This document shows positions 6,728-15,994 of a stretch of DNA of 64,000 bases, piece after piece. Source of the stretch: Bacilli bacterium. Lineage in GTDB: Bacteria; Bacillota_I; Bacilli_A; RFN20; CAG-826. The notes below the pieces were generated by a model. The model made no database searches, was not told the DNA's origin, and saw nothing but the letters and a program-made list of their open reading frames with translations. The translations under genes were made by a program, and so were the position numbers. The stretch covers positions 3,642-67,641 of the forward strand of contig JBGUIX010000014.1 in NCBI GenBank assembly GCA_045113315.1, written 5' to 3'. Every line of letters begins with the position of its first letter. Position 1 is the stretch's first letter.

Positions 6728-8545
6728 ATGAAAAAGACATTTTTAAAATTAATTCCTTTATTAGCTATCCTTTTAGGTGGCTGCACACCAAAAATTGATA
6801 ACAGTCATTATTCTTCTAATAACACTAGCAGTGAAAACACTAGTAGTAATCCTTCTTCTAGTGAGACCCATTCTTCTAGTGAAGAACAAGGTTCGTCATC
6901 TGAGGATCAAGGTTCATCATCCGAGGAACAAGGTTCATCTAGCGAAGAACAACAATCTTCTGAAGAAGGTGGGGATAAAGATCCGATTAATATCGATATC
7001 TGGGCCACGAATGATATACACGGTCAATTTAGAGATAGTAATGAAGATACTACTCATGCTGGTATCGATCATTTATTTACCTATTTAAAAGGTAAAAGAG
7101 AAAATCCAAATACCTTATTATTAGACCAAGGTGATACTTGGCAAGGTAGCATCTATTCTAACTATAACTATGGTAACCTCATCAATGATTGTATGAATTA
7201 TATTCATTATGATGCTAGAACAGTTGGCAATCATGACTTTGACTGGGGTGCAGAAAAATTAGCGGCTAATACCGCAAGAGGATATAACGGCTACACAATG
7301 CCCGTATTATCCGGAAATGTTTATAACTATAATTTTGATACTAAAACTATGGGTACTACTTTCCTATCTGATTTAGGAAGAAAAAGTGTTACATATACGT
7401 TAGATAATGGTTTAAAAGTCGGTATCTTAGGAGGAATTGGTGAAGATCAAATTACTTCTATTTGTACTGAATATGTGAGAGATATCGGTTTTAAAAACCA
7501 TGTGGAATTTATCAAAGAAGAAGCCACTCATTTAAGAAATGATGAAAAATGTGACGTGATTATTGCTTCCATCCACGCTCCTCAAAACTTAATTTATGGT
7601 TATAACTTAGATAACTATGTCGATTTAGTACTTTGTGGCCACAGTCATAACCAAGAAACTTATATTGAAAATGATCGATTGCTATATTCTCAAGGCCTAG
7701 CTTATACCGAATCAGTCGCTCATATTGTTATGACTTATGATCCAAATGTTAAAAAAGTGACTGGTAGTACAGCTAACTTTATCCAAGCTAATGAAATAAT
7801 TAATGAAACACCCACTATCGATCCAACCATCCAAAGTTTAATAACTTCATATGGTCAAGAATGCGATACAGCCGCTAACCAAGTGCTGGCTAATAATGTT
7901 TCAGGTTCATTCTATACATCAAATTTAGCCAATTTAGTGACTAAAGCTATGTATAGCCAATGCGTCAAAGAAGGATATGGAGATATTCTCTGTGCCGTAG
8001 CAAACTCCGCAAGAAGCGAAATTGCTAGCAAATCAACTTGGACATTTAAAGACATCTATAAATCTTTCCCGTTTGATAATGTTGTTTATATCGCAGAAAT
8101 AACTGGTCGCGAATTTAGATATAACATCATAACTGGATATAACTACATTACTCGTAATCCGAATTTAAAAGTTTCTTGTCCATCTTGTGGAGAAGAAATT
8201 GCTTTTAACGAATTAACATCTGGAGAGGTAATTACATGTCCTCACTGTCATGAAGACCAAAAAAAAGATGCTTTAGTATCTCTCGCTAGTCAAATCGATT
8301 TAAATAAAAAATATAAAATCGCTGTTCTTGATTATGTGTATTTACATTGCAATTCAAGTAGATCATATGATAAGTTCACCGAAACAGGCGGTACTTCCAC
8401 AATAAAACTTTCTAAAAACTATCGTGAAATAGCTCGTGATTGGTTAATCGCGGAAGGTTACAACACAGGAAAAGCACTTCGTTATCAAGATTTTGCTGCA
8501 TCACTTTGGCAGCACAATAAAAGTGGTTATACAGTAATAAGCTAA
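6728..8545 (+). CDS. Surface lipoprotein 5'-nucleotidase / 2',3'-cyclic-nucleotide phosphodiesterase family (metallophosphoesterase N-domain + 5'-nucleotidase C-domain)
   Basis: 605 aa. Lipobox LLGGC; metallophosphatase motifs DIWATNDIHGQ, GNHDFD, GHSH; Ser/Glu-rich repetitive linker; C-terminal domain carries a CPSCG...CPHCH zinc-ribbon-like insertion. Confidence 0.8.
   Translation: MKKTFLKLIPLLAILLGGCTPKIDNSHYSSNNTSSENTSSNPSSSETHSSSEEQGSSSEDQGSSSEEQGSSSEEQQSSEEGGDKDPINIDIWATNDIHGQFRDSNEDTTHAGIDHLFTYLKGKRENPNTLLLDQGDTWQGSIYSNYNYGNLINDCMNYIHYDARTVGNHDFDWGAEKLAANTARGYNGYTMPVLSGNVYNYNFDTKTMGTTFLSDLGRKSVTYTLDNGLKVGILGGIGEDQITSICTEYVRDIGFKNHVEFIKEEATHLRNDEKCDVIIASIHAPQNLIYGYNLDNYVDLVLCGHSHNQETYIENDRLLYSQGLAYTESVAHIVMTYDPNVKKVTGSTANFIQANEIINETPTIDPTIQSLITSYGQECDTAANQVLANNVSGSFYTSNLANLVTKAMYSQCVKEGYGDILCAVANSARSEIASKSTWTFKDIYKSFPFDNVVYIAEITGREFRYNIITGYNYITRNPNLKVSCPSCGEEIAFNELTSGEVITCPHCHEDQKKDALVSLASQIDLNKKYKIAVLDYVYLHCNSSRSYDKFTETGGTSTIKLSKNYREIARDWLIAEGYNTGKALRYQDFAASLWQHNKSGYTVIS
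6881..6961 (+). repeat. 21-nt tandem repeat (~4 copies) encoding the GSSSE(E/D)Q linker in the nucleotidase lipoprotein
   Basis: Units gaagaacaaggttcgtcatct / gaggatcaaggttcatcatcc / gaggaacaaggttcatctagc / gaagaacaacaatcttct. Confidence 0.6.
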
Positions 8546-9693
8546 TTTAATTTACCAACGAATAATTGAAGCCTCTTGCAGGCTTCTTTTATATTATCTA
8601 AAGAAGTAGCAATATTGATTCTAATAAATGAATCTCCACCCTTACCGAATTGATTACCATTAGAAACATATAAACCAGTCTCTTCTCTTAATCTATTAGC
8701 GAACTCTTTACCATCCATCTTGTAATAAGAGATGTTTAACCAAAGTAAATAAGTCGCATCGTTATCGATTAAATGTAGATGTGGTAAATACTTCTTAAGA
8801 TATTCTTGGATATATTTTTTGTTATTAAAGATATATTCGTTTAATTCATCAACATACTTTTCTCCATATGTATACGCGGCAATCGTCGCGAAAGGAGAAA
8901 AATAATTCGGTTCACCAATATCATCTTGACCGACCGCGGTTTCAATTTTTTCTTTTAATTTTTGATCTTTAACAAATATACAAGCGGCTTGTAAACCCGC
9001 CATATTGAAGGTCTTAGATGGGCTCACTAACGCCACTGCTTTATCGCTAACTTTTAAAATAGAAACATAATCTTTTCCGGGTTTAACAATATCCCCGTGA
9101 ATCTCATCAGAAATGATAAAAACGCCGTAATTCTCGCATATTTTTGCGATTTTTGCTAATTCTTCACTAGAAAACAGTCTTCCTATTGGATTATGAGGAT
9201 TACATAATAACAATGCTTTTACTTCATCTTTTTTGGCTAAACTTTCTAGTCCTTCAAAATCAATTTCGTACTTGCCATCTTGATAGATAAACTCATTATC
9301 AAACTGTTTTAATCCGTTATTCTTAATGCAGTTATAAAAGATGTGATAAACAGGTGTCATCACTATTACACCATCACCTTCATGAAGGAGGTGTTTAAAG
9401 ATGGAATCAATCCCAGCAACTACACCAGAAACATAAACCATCTCATCTTCTTTAATATCTAAACCGTGTCTATTTTTATACCAATATCTATAAGAAGAAA
9501 AATAATCTTTTGGGATATCAATATAACCATAGGAATCTAATTCGCTTCTCTTTTTAATCGCGTCTTTAATTTCAGGAAGCACTTTAAAATCCATATCTGC
9601 GACCCACATGGGTAATTCATTGTCTTTTACATCCCATTTCACAGAATTAGTATTTCTACGATTATTTATTTCATCAAAATTATATTTATTCAT
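8542..9693 (-). CDS. PLP-dependent C-S lyase / aminotransferase of the MalY/PatB family
   Basis: 383 aa; class I/II aminotransferase fold with PLP-lysine region SPSKTFNMAGLQAA; 3' end overlaps the nucleotidase stop by 4 nt (convergent). Confidence 0.75.
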   Translation of the reverse strand: MNKYNFDEINNRRNTNSVKWDVKDNELPMWVADMDFKVLPEIKDAIKKRSELDSYGYIDIPKDYFSSYRYWYKNRHGLDIKEDEMVYVSGVVAGIDSIFKHLLHEGDGVIVMTPVYHIFYNCIKNNGLKQFDNEFIYQDGKYEIDFEGLESLAKKDEVKALLLCNPHNPIGRLFSSEELAKIAKICENYGVFIISDEIHGDIVKPGKDYVSILKVSDKAVALVSPSKTFNMAGLQAACIFVKDQKLKEKIETAVGQDDIGEPNYFSPFATIAAYTYGEKYVDELNEYIFNNKKYIQEYLKKYLPHLHLIDNDATYLLWLNISYYKMDGKEFANRLREETGLYVSNGNQFGKGGDSFIRINIATSLDNIKEACKRLQLFVGKLN

Positions 9694-10546
9694 TAACGTC
9701 CACTTTTATGTCGGTTTTACTTTTATCGATGAATTGATCTTCCAAGATTAATTCTTTGATTTTATAAGCGTGGATCTTACCACTTATAGGATTCTTCACT
9801 GAATCAATTTCGGTGGTTACTTCAATATCTAAATCAGAGCAATATTCAAAGCATAAATCGGTATTTATTAATCGACAGTTAATCATCTTTAGATTTTCCA
9901 TATAACAAAATCCTTGATGGGATTCCACTGTACAGTTTACTAAAGTAATATTTTTAGAATTCCATCCGAAATATTCACCGATAATTGTGCAGTTAATTAA
10001 AGTAACATTTTCTGAATTCCAGAATGCATCTTTCGTGGTTAATGTAGAATTTCTGATTTTAATATTCTTTCCACCATCAAATGCGTAATTTCCTAATAAA
10101 GTTAAATTATCAATTTCAACATCTTCACTATTAAAACCGAAATAATCACCATTCGCGATTACTTTATTTAATCTAATACCGTTACATTTCCAAAATGTCT
10201 CATCTGCGTGAGGCATATCAACACTATTTAAAGTCACTTTTTCACTTCTTCTAAATGTTTTAGGAGCTTCAATAAGAGAATTATTGATTGTGATATTTTT
10301 GGTGTACCAAATGCCGCTTCTACCGGTATAAGTAATTTTACAGTCGTGGACTTCAACATCGTTACAATACCAAAGAGGATATTTCCAGTTAAATGTACTT
10401 CTAAAGATTTTTAATCTTTTAGATTCCTTAAGTGGAGATTCTCCATCTTCAAATAAACAGTCGAAGAACGTCAAATCTTCTGACGCAAACAAGGCTCTTT
10501 CACCAGTAAATCTTTCATTTCTATATTCCATATTATTTCCCACCAT
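9686..10546 (-). CDS. DUF3737-family protein (right-handed beta-helix repeats)
   Basis: 286 aa; repetitive N-x-T-hydrophobic-x-N-C beta-helix pattern; position downstream of metG is typical for DUF3737 in Firmicutes; alternative start at ATG 10531. Confidence 0.65.
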   Translation of the reverse strand: MVGNNMEYRNERFTGERALFASEDLTFFDCLFEDGESPLKESKRLKIFRSTFNWKYPLWYCNDVEVHDCKITYTGRSGIWYTKNITINNSLIEAPKTFRRSEKVTLNSVDMPHADETFWKCNGIRLNKVIANGDYFGFNSEDVEIDNLTLLGNYAFDGGKNIKIRNSTLTTKDAFWNSENVTLINCTIIGEYFGWNSKNITLVNCTVESHQGFCYMENLKMINCRLINTDLCFEYCSDLDIEVTTEIDSVKNPISGKIHAYKIKELILEDQFIDKSKTDIKVDVNE

Positions 10547-12128
10547 TCATCATGTTTTGGATGAATTCCACTTCTTTTTCCACTTCAAGTCTTGGGAATA
10601 ATTGGTCACCCTTATTTACTTTGACGTTACTAACACAACCAAAGTTATAAACATTTTGATATTTTAATAAATCGCCTTCGACGCCTAATTGAGCAAATAA
10701 TTTATCACTAGCTCTAGTTAATACTGGTTTTAATAGCATACCAGAAATATAAATAGCGTTGGCTAAATGATTCATCACACTAGCGAGTTCTTCTTTTTTA
10801 GATTCATCTTTGGCTAACGCCCAAGGTGTCGTCTCATCGATATATTTATTCGCTCTATTGACGAGTTCATTTACAGAAGCTATAGCTTCAGTAATCTTTA
10901 AATCATCCATTAGTGATTCATATTGTTTAACTACTTCTTTCGCAACACTTTCTAAATTACCATCGAAGTCTGTTACAACGCCTTTATAAGCGGGAACAAC
11001 ACCATCGAAGTATTTATTAATCATAGAAACTGTTCTATTTAATAGATTTCCTAAAGAATTAGCTAAATCACTATTTACTCTTTCGACAAATTGTTCAGGT
11101 GAGAAACTACCATCTTGCCCAAAAGTTATTTCTCTGGCTAAATAATATCTCACCGCGTCTAATCCAAAATGTTCCACAAGTGGATATGGATCAACAACAT
11201 TACCTTTAGATTTACTCATCTTACTATCTTTCATCATGAGTAAACCATGGATAAATTCACGATCTGGTTTTCTTAAACCTAAGCTTTCTAAAAACATCGG
11301 CCAATAAATCGCGTGGAATCTAGTGATATCCGCACCTAAAATATGAATGATTTCTGATTCTTCATCTTGCCAGAACTTATTAAATAATTCTGGATGATCA
11401 GAATCATAACCTAACGCAGTTATATAGTTAGTTAAAGCATCTAACCAAACATAAATAACATGTTTTTTATTTTCTCTAATTGGAATACCCCAAGAAAAAC
11501 TAGTTCTAGAAACGCATAGATCATCTAATCCTGGTTTAATAAAAGTATTAATCATTTCATTCTTACGAGATTCAGGAGTTAAGAACTTCGGGTTTTCGTC
11601 GTAGAACTTTAATAAAGCATCAACGTATTTCTTGGTTTTGAAGAAATAAGCTTCTTCTTCAGCGACTTGAACTGGTCTACCACAGTCTGGGCAAATATGA
11701 TCAGGACCCACTTGAGTATCAGTCCAGAAAGATTCACAAGGTGTACAATACCAACCTTTATATTTGCCTAAATAGATATCTCCTTTATTTAGCATTTTGG
11801 TGAAGATATCTTGAACCACTTTTGTGTGTCTTTCTTGTGTGGTTCTAATAAAATCATTATTTGAAATATCTAATAATTTCCATAACTTATGGAAACCTTC
11901 AACAATTTCATCCACAAACTCCTGAGGAGTTTTACCCGCTAAAGCGGCGTTCTTTTCAATTTTTTGTCCGTGTTCATCGGCTCCAGTTAAAAAGTAACAC
12001 TCAAAACCTCTGAGCCTTTTATAACGAGCAAAAATATCAGTTAAGACTGTGCAATAAGCATGACCGATATGTAGTTTCGCACTCGGATAATAAATCGGAG
12101 TGGTAATATAGAATCTTTTCTTTTCCAT
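10533..12128 (-). CDS. metG: Methionine--tRNA ligase (short form, no C-terminal tRNA-binding domain)
   Basis: 531 aa; HIGH motif (SAKLHIGHAY); KMSKS motif (KMSKSKGN); zinc knuckle CPDCG. Confidence 0.93.
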   Translation of the reverse strand: MEKKRFYITTPIYYPSAKLHIGHAYCTVLTDIFARYKRLRGFECYFLTGADEHGQKIEKNAALAGKTPQEFVDEIVEGFHKLWKLLDISNNDFIRTTQERHTKVVQDIFTKMLNKGDIYLGKYKGWYCTPCESFWTDTQVGPDHICPDCGRPVQVAEEEAYFFKTKKYVDALLKFYDENPKFLTPESRKNEMINTFIKPGLDDLCVSRTSFSWGIPIRENKKHVIYVWLDALTNYITALGYDSDHPELFNKFWQDEESEIIHILGADITRFHAIYWPMFLESLGLRKPDREFIHGLLMMKDSKMSKSKGNVVDPYPLVEHFGLDAVRYYLAREITFGQDGSFSPEQFVERVNSDLANSLGNLLNRTVSMINKYFDGVVPAYKGVVTDFDGNLESVAKEVVKQYESLMDDLKITEAIASVNELVNRANKYIDETTPWALAKDESKKEELASVMNHLANAIYISGMLLKPVLTRASDKLFAQLGVEGDLLKYQNVYNFGCVSNVKVNKGDQLFPRLEVEKEVEFIQNMMNGGK

Positions 12129-12159
12129 GGCAAATGAGCCTCCTTAAGCAAAAACTATT

Positions 12160-12184
12160 ATATAAGAAAACCGCATTAAGCGGT
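12160..12184 (-). terminator. Rho-independent terminator after the P-II-like gene
   Basis: Hairpin accgc-attaa-gcggt followed by a U-run on the minus strand. The 76-nt gap before metG holds only this element plus an RBS, so no T-box leader. Confidence 0.45.
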
Positions 12185-12204
12185 AATCTTATCACTTTTC
12201 ATAT

Positions 12205-12519
12205 TTAATTAAATTTCAATCCAACGACATCTTCCACAGGCAAAGTAAAAGCAATGCCTTGGCCATCAGTTCCTAATCCAGCAGCTTTATAAATCGCGGA
12301 TAAAACTTTTTCTTTGATAGCTTGATTGACTAAAATCATAATCATTTCTTTATCAGGAGTGATGATGATGTTATATTTCTTTTCCATTTCAGCGGTACCT
12401 GTTCCACGAGCGTGAACGATGGTTCCACCTCTAGCGCCTTCTTCTCTAGCCGCGTTCATGACTAAATCAGAAAAGCCAGAGTTCACAAATGCGATAATTA
12501 CTTCAAATTTTTCTTCCAT
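12205..12519 (-). CDS. P-II-like nitrogen-regulatory-protein family protein
   Basis: 104 aa; P-II fold-like sequence; member of the conserved DUF1538 membrane protein + two P-II-like gene trio. Confidence 0.55.
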   Translation of the reverse strand: MEEKFEVIIAFVNSGFSDLVMNAAREEGARGGTIVHARGTGTAEMEKKYNIIITPDKEMIMILVNQAIKEKVLSAIYKAAGLGTDGQGIAFTLPVEDVVGLKFN

Positions 12520-12531
12520 ATAATCACCCTC

Positions 12532-12927
12532 CTATAATGAGTTAGATAGGAATTGGTATACTTTAACACCAATCATGCTTGTCATTGGAATAGAAAACCC
12601 AATGCCCTTGTTATATTTACTTGCGCTGAAAAAAGCCAACAAATCGGGCTTAATTTCTTCAATTTTATCTTTTTTAATAATGGAAACAACGATATCTTTG
12701 CCAGTATCTTCAATACCTAAAATATCTCTAATTTGTCTAGTAGCGGTGCCTTCACCTCTTTGGACAAATTGAGCGGAAACCCCAAAGTTTTGGAAAAGTT
12801 TAATAACGGGATCCGCTATACCGTGATTAACAATCGTCACGAAAATAGACAACTTTTCGTAATTAACTTGTTGTTGAACTTGTTGCTTAGGAACTTCATC
12901 AGTTTTTTTCTTTTTAAATAGTGGCAT
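12532..12927 (-). CDS. P-II-like family protein (second copy, with N-terminal extension)
   Basis: 131 aa; partner of the preceding P-II-like and DUF1538 genes. Confidence 0.5.
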   Translation of the reverse strand: MPLFKKKKTDEVPKQQVQQQVNYEKLSIFVTIVNHGIADPVIKLFQNFGVSAQFVQRGEGTATRQIRDILGIEDTGKDIVVSIIKKDKIEEIKPDLLAFFSASKYNKGIGFSIPMTSMIGVKVYQFLSNSL

Positions 12928-12935
12928 ATGTCCTC

Positions 12936-14507
12936 CTAGTTGAAGTTAATAATTTGCGCATCATCACTAGAGTAAACGTGGGTACGCATTTTGTAATTAG
13001 CTCTGACTGTTTTAAAGTTACTAATAACACCAAGAATTTGTATAGCAATAACAGGCGTTAACGCAATCAAAGCAATAACACCAAATGATTGTTCATAATA
13101 ATCTGGTTGAACACCATTTTTGCTTCCTAATGCCACTGTAACACCCACTACCATTGGTAAGACAAAAGAAGATGACATAGGACCAGAAGCAGTACCGCCA
13201 GAGTCAAATGCCATAGCGGTGTAAATATTTGGACAAATAAACATCAAAACAATAGAAATGATATATCCTGGAACCATGTAATACATGATGGAGAAATTAT
13301 AAATGGTTCTAATCATCGCTAAAGCAATAGCGACACCAACACCTAAAGAAAGGGTTAATAAAACGCTGATTTTCTTCGTTCTTCCATCAGAAATATCTTC
13401 GATTTGCTGGGTTAAAACATGAACAGCAGGTTCACAAACAATAGTCACTAAACCGATAACAAAAGCGATAACAATGATAATCCAAGAAGATTGACTTCCT
13501 AATTTAGAACCAACATAAAAACCAATAGGTGTCATAGCGGCGCTTGTGCCAGTTAAGAATATTGATAAACCAATATACGTAAATAAGAAGCCAACTAAAA
13601 GCTTTAAAATCTTTTGTTTTGGTAAACGAATATAAAGTAATTCATAAACCATAAAAATAATTAAAGTTGGAGCTAAAGCAATTAAGACATCAAGCAAAGT
13701 TCCATTATGACCTACTCCAGTAGGAATTAATGCATCTAAAAACATTTTCCAAACTGGTTCTTCTCCTAAAGTTATATATGTAGTAGTAGGATCAAAATCA
13801 CCAGAAATTGGACTAACTAAAAGCATAACAGCAACGGTCATAATTGGACCAATAGAGGCAATACCCACTAAACCAAAGCTATCATTTCTTGCGTTTTTTC
13901 CGCCTCTAACCATAGCAATACCAGCGCCAAGAGAAAGAATAAATGGCACTGTTGCGGAACCAGTTGTAACTCCTCCACTATCGAAAATAAATGGTAAGAA
14001 GTGACGTTTATTTGGATCCATTACCACAAATATCATGAGCATGAAGGTAAGGAAATAGAATAATAAATACCAAATTTTTAATGGTCTATGGAAAATAATT
14101 CTAAGAACACCAAAAACAACAAATAATCCTACTCCAACCGCGATTCCGCCAATTAATAAGTAAGGATTAATATTTACTTGTTTAGAAACAATGAGAATAC
14201 TTGGTTCTGCTACAGTGATTAATGTTCCTAAGGCAAAAGCAAATAAACAAACGATGAATAAACTCTTTTGTTTAGAAAGAGAAGCGCCCATATATTCACC
14301 AACTTTAGTCAAACTAGAATTAGCGCCTATTTGGAAAATAGATAAACCGATGATCAGAATAACCATGCCAATAAGTAGCAAAGCATAATCACCACGTCTT
14401 GCGTCTAATGGAGCAAGTTTACTAAAAGACAAGATCAAAACAATGGCAATCATTGGTACGATTGATAATAAACTTGTAACTAACGCTTTAATCCATCTGT
14501 TTTGCAT
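12936..14507 (-). CDS. DUF1538-family polytopic membrane protein (tandem duplicated domain)
   Basis: 523 aa; >12 TM segments; two homologous halves; conserved genomic association with P-II-like genes. Confidence 0.6.
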   Translation of the reverse strand: MQNRWIKALVTSLLSIVPMIAIVLILSFSKLAPLDARRGDYALLLIGMVILIIGLSIFQIGANSSLTKVGEYMGASLSKQKSLFIVCLFAFALGTLITVAEPSILIVSKQVNINPYLLIGGIAVGVGLFVVFGVLRIIFHRPLKIWYLLFYFLTFMLMIFVVMDPNKRHFLPFIFDSGGVTTGSATVPFILSLGAGIAMVRGGKNARNDSFGLVGIASIGPIMTVAVMLLVSPISGDFDPTTTYITLGEEPVWKMFLDALIPTGVGHNGTLLDVLIALAPTLIIFMVYELLYIRLPKQKILKLLVGFLFTYIGLSIFLTGTSAAMTPIGFYVGSKLGSQSSWIIIVIAFVIGLVTIVCEPAVHVLTQQIEDISDGRTKKISVLLTLSLGVGVAIALAMIRTIYNFSIMYYMVPGYIISIVLMFICPNIYTAMAFDSGGTASGPMSSSFVLPMVVGVTVALGSKNGVQPDYYEQSFGVIALIALTPVIAIQILGVISNFKTVRANYKMRTHVYSSDDAQIINFN

Positions 14508-14728
14508 AACTGTTAATTATTCTATTCCATACCCACAAAAAAAGAAACAAAGTTTCCTTTTTCAGAAAATATTCTCAAAATACCTATTTTGCAATGATGT
14601 TGAAAAACAAGAGGAACCAAATAAAAATATCAGCTCTTAGTTAAAACAAATAGACATCAAATATTCTTGTGCTGGATTGAATCAAAGAGAGTGAAAACGC
14701 TCTTTTTTTATCGAATTTTAAGCAAATA

Positions 14729-15517
14729 TTAGTGATTTGCGGCTTTTTTTGCTTTTCTTTTCTCAAAATAGGTCTTGATTCCAATAACTGAGAAATGGGT
14801 GATGAAAGCGGTACTAACATAAACGAACACCACGATTAATGTCCAAACAATGTTAGGTACATTTGAAGATATAAAGCCAAAGACTGGGAACGTGCTTCCA
14901 TCGTAGAAAAAGAAATAATCACATTTAGTAATGGCGTCGAATATATAGATAGAAATAGCCAATATTCCAAATACCGCTAAGCCGTAATAAATATCGTTCT
15001 TTTTAATGTCGTAATAACCTGTTACCAACATGATTAAAGGGATGATGACATCTAGTGCATGGTAGATTAAGGTGTGTTGACCAAAATATGACAAAGCAGA
15101 ATTGCCACCAGGGCAACCAACGAATAAAGTAATAAAGCCCATAATCATATTAACGATAACTAAATAGCTGGAAGCGCTTCTTTTGATAACTTCGTTTTTA
15201 CTAAATATCGCAAACGGAAAAATATAGACAGGCATCAAACAGGTATGTAAAGGTAACATTTTTTTCATATCAAATGGATATTCAGTTGGATTATTCGCGC
15301 TTCTAATATATAAAGAGATTAAATAGAAAGCTTCTGCCGCAATAAAAAGGATCCATAAACATATGAGAACTATAGTAATAGTTTTTCTACTTTTCTTTCT
15401 TAAATAGAAAGCGAGTAAGATTCCTAAAGAAATGTAAATAAAGATAAAAAGAAAATGATCCCATGTGAAGGCATAGGGTGGTTCTCTATTTAGCCAGTCA
15501 TCTACATAAACATTCAT
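14729..15517 (-). CDS. Integral membrane protein, YwaF/TIGR02206-like
   Basis: 262 aa; ~7 TM segments; PLHTC motif; start overlaps the stop of the upstream small ORF (ATGA-type coupling). Confidence 0.4.
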   Translation of the reverse strand: MNVYVDDWLNREPPYAFTWDHFLFIFIYISLGILLAFYLRKKSRKTITIVLICLWILFIAAEAFYLISLYIRSANNPTEYPFDMKKMLPLHTCLMPVYIFPFAIFSKNEVIKRSASSYLVIVNMIMGFITLFVGCPGGNSALSYFGQHTLIYHALDVIIPLIMLVTGYYDIKKNDIYYGLAVFGILAISIYIFDAITKCDYFFFYDGSTFPVFGFISSNVPNIVWTLIVVFVYVSTAFITHFSVIGIKTYFEKRKAKKAANH

Positions 15518-15792
15518 TTCTTATTTATTATATTCTCAATTTCTTCTTGATGAGTTTTATTATATTCCTCCCACCCATCAATTGTTTCTTCTTGTTCTTG
15601 TTCTATTTCGTAGGGTGGAATCTCACTATATATCTTTTTCATAAAGAAAAATTTCTTTCTTACTAATGTATATATTCCTAAGTCAGTCATTCTTTTGGCA
15701 AGGTGATCTGCAAATTCCACAGTTCTTGCGTAAAAAACAAATTTTAATTTCGATCTTTTGTCATAATAACGAAATTCATAAAACGTAAACAT
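15514..15792 (-). CDS. Small hypothetical protein (93 aa, acidic C-terminus)
   Basis: Internal ATG preceded by GAGGAGG at optimal spacing (the ORF track begins earlier at a TTG); non-repetitive protein-like composition; translationally coupled to the YwaF-like gene. Confidence 0.4.
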   Translation of the reverse strand: MFTFYEFRYYDKRSKLKFVFYARTVEFADHLAKRMTDLGIYTLVRKKFFFMKKIYSEIPPYEIEQEQEETIDGWEEYNKTHQEEIENIINKK

Positions 15793-15821
15793 CACTTTTA
15801 CCTCCTCAATTTTCCATAAAG

Positions 15822-15877
15822 AGATAAAAAATACTCCCATCGCTACGACGGGAGCAAATAAAAAGGTCCCATCGTAC
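15822..15877 (-). terminator. Strong intrinsic terminator (9-bp stem CTCCCGTCG/CGATGGGAG + U7) immediately upstream of the small gene's RBS, with an upstream near-copy of the 3' arm (attenuator-like)
   Basis: Minus strand reads gtaCGATGGGACcttttt atttg CTCCCGTCG tag CGATGGGAG tattttttatc. The upstream copy CGATGGGAC can pair with TCCCGTCG, an alternative antiterminator. No room for a promoter between terminator and RBS. Confidence 0.45.
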
Positions 15878-15994
15878 AAGCTTTGGCACCCAACATTACT
15901 TGGGTTGTCGGTGGGTCATAGGGCTTGTCCCTCGCCACACTCTTTATGGATGTATAAATTCTAACTTTATATTCCAAAATTAGCAATGCATTCA

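Noticed and set aside
12129-12204. Possible T-box leader upstream of metG
   Set aside because: The gap is only 76 nt and is fully accounted for by a terminator hairpin plus an RBS. There is no specifier loop and no T-box sequence.
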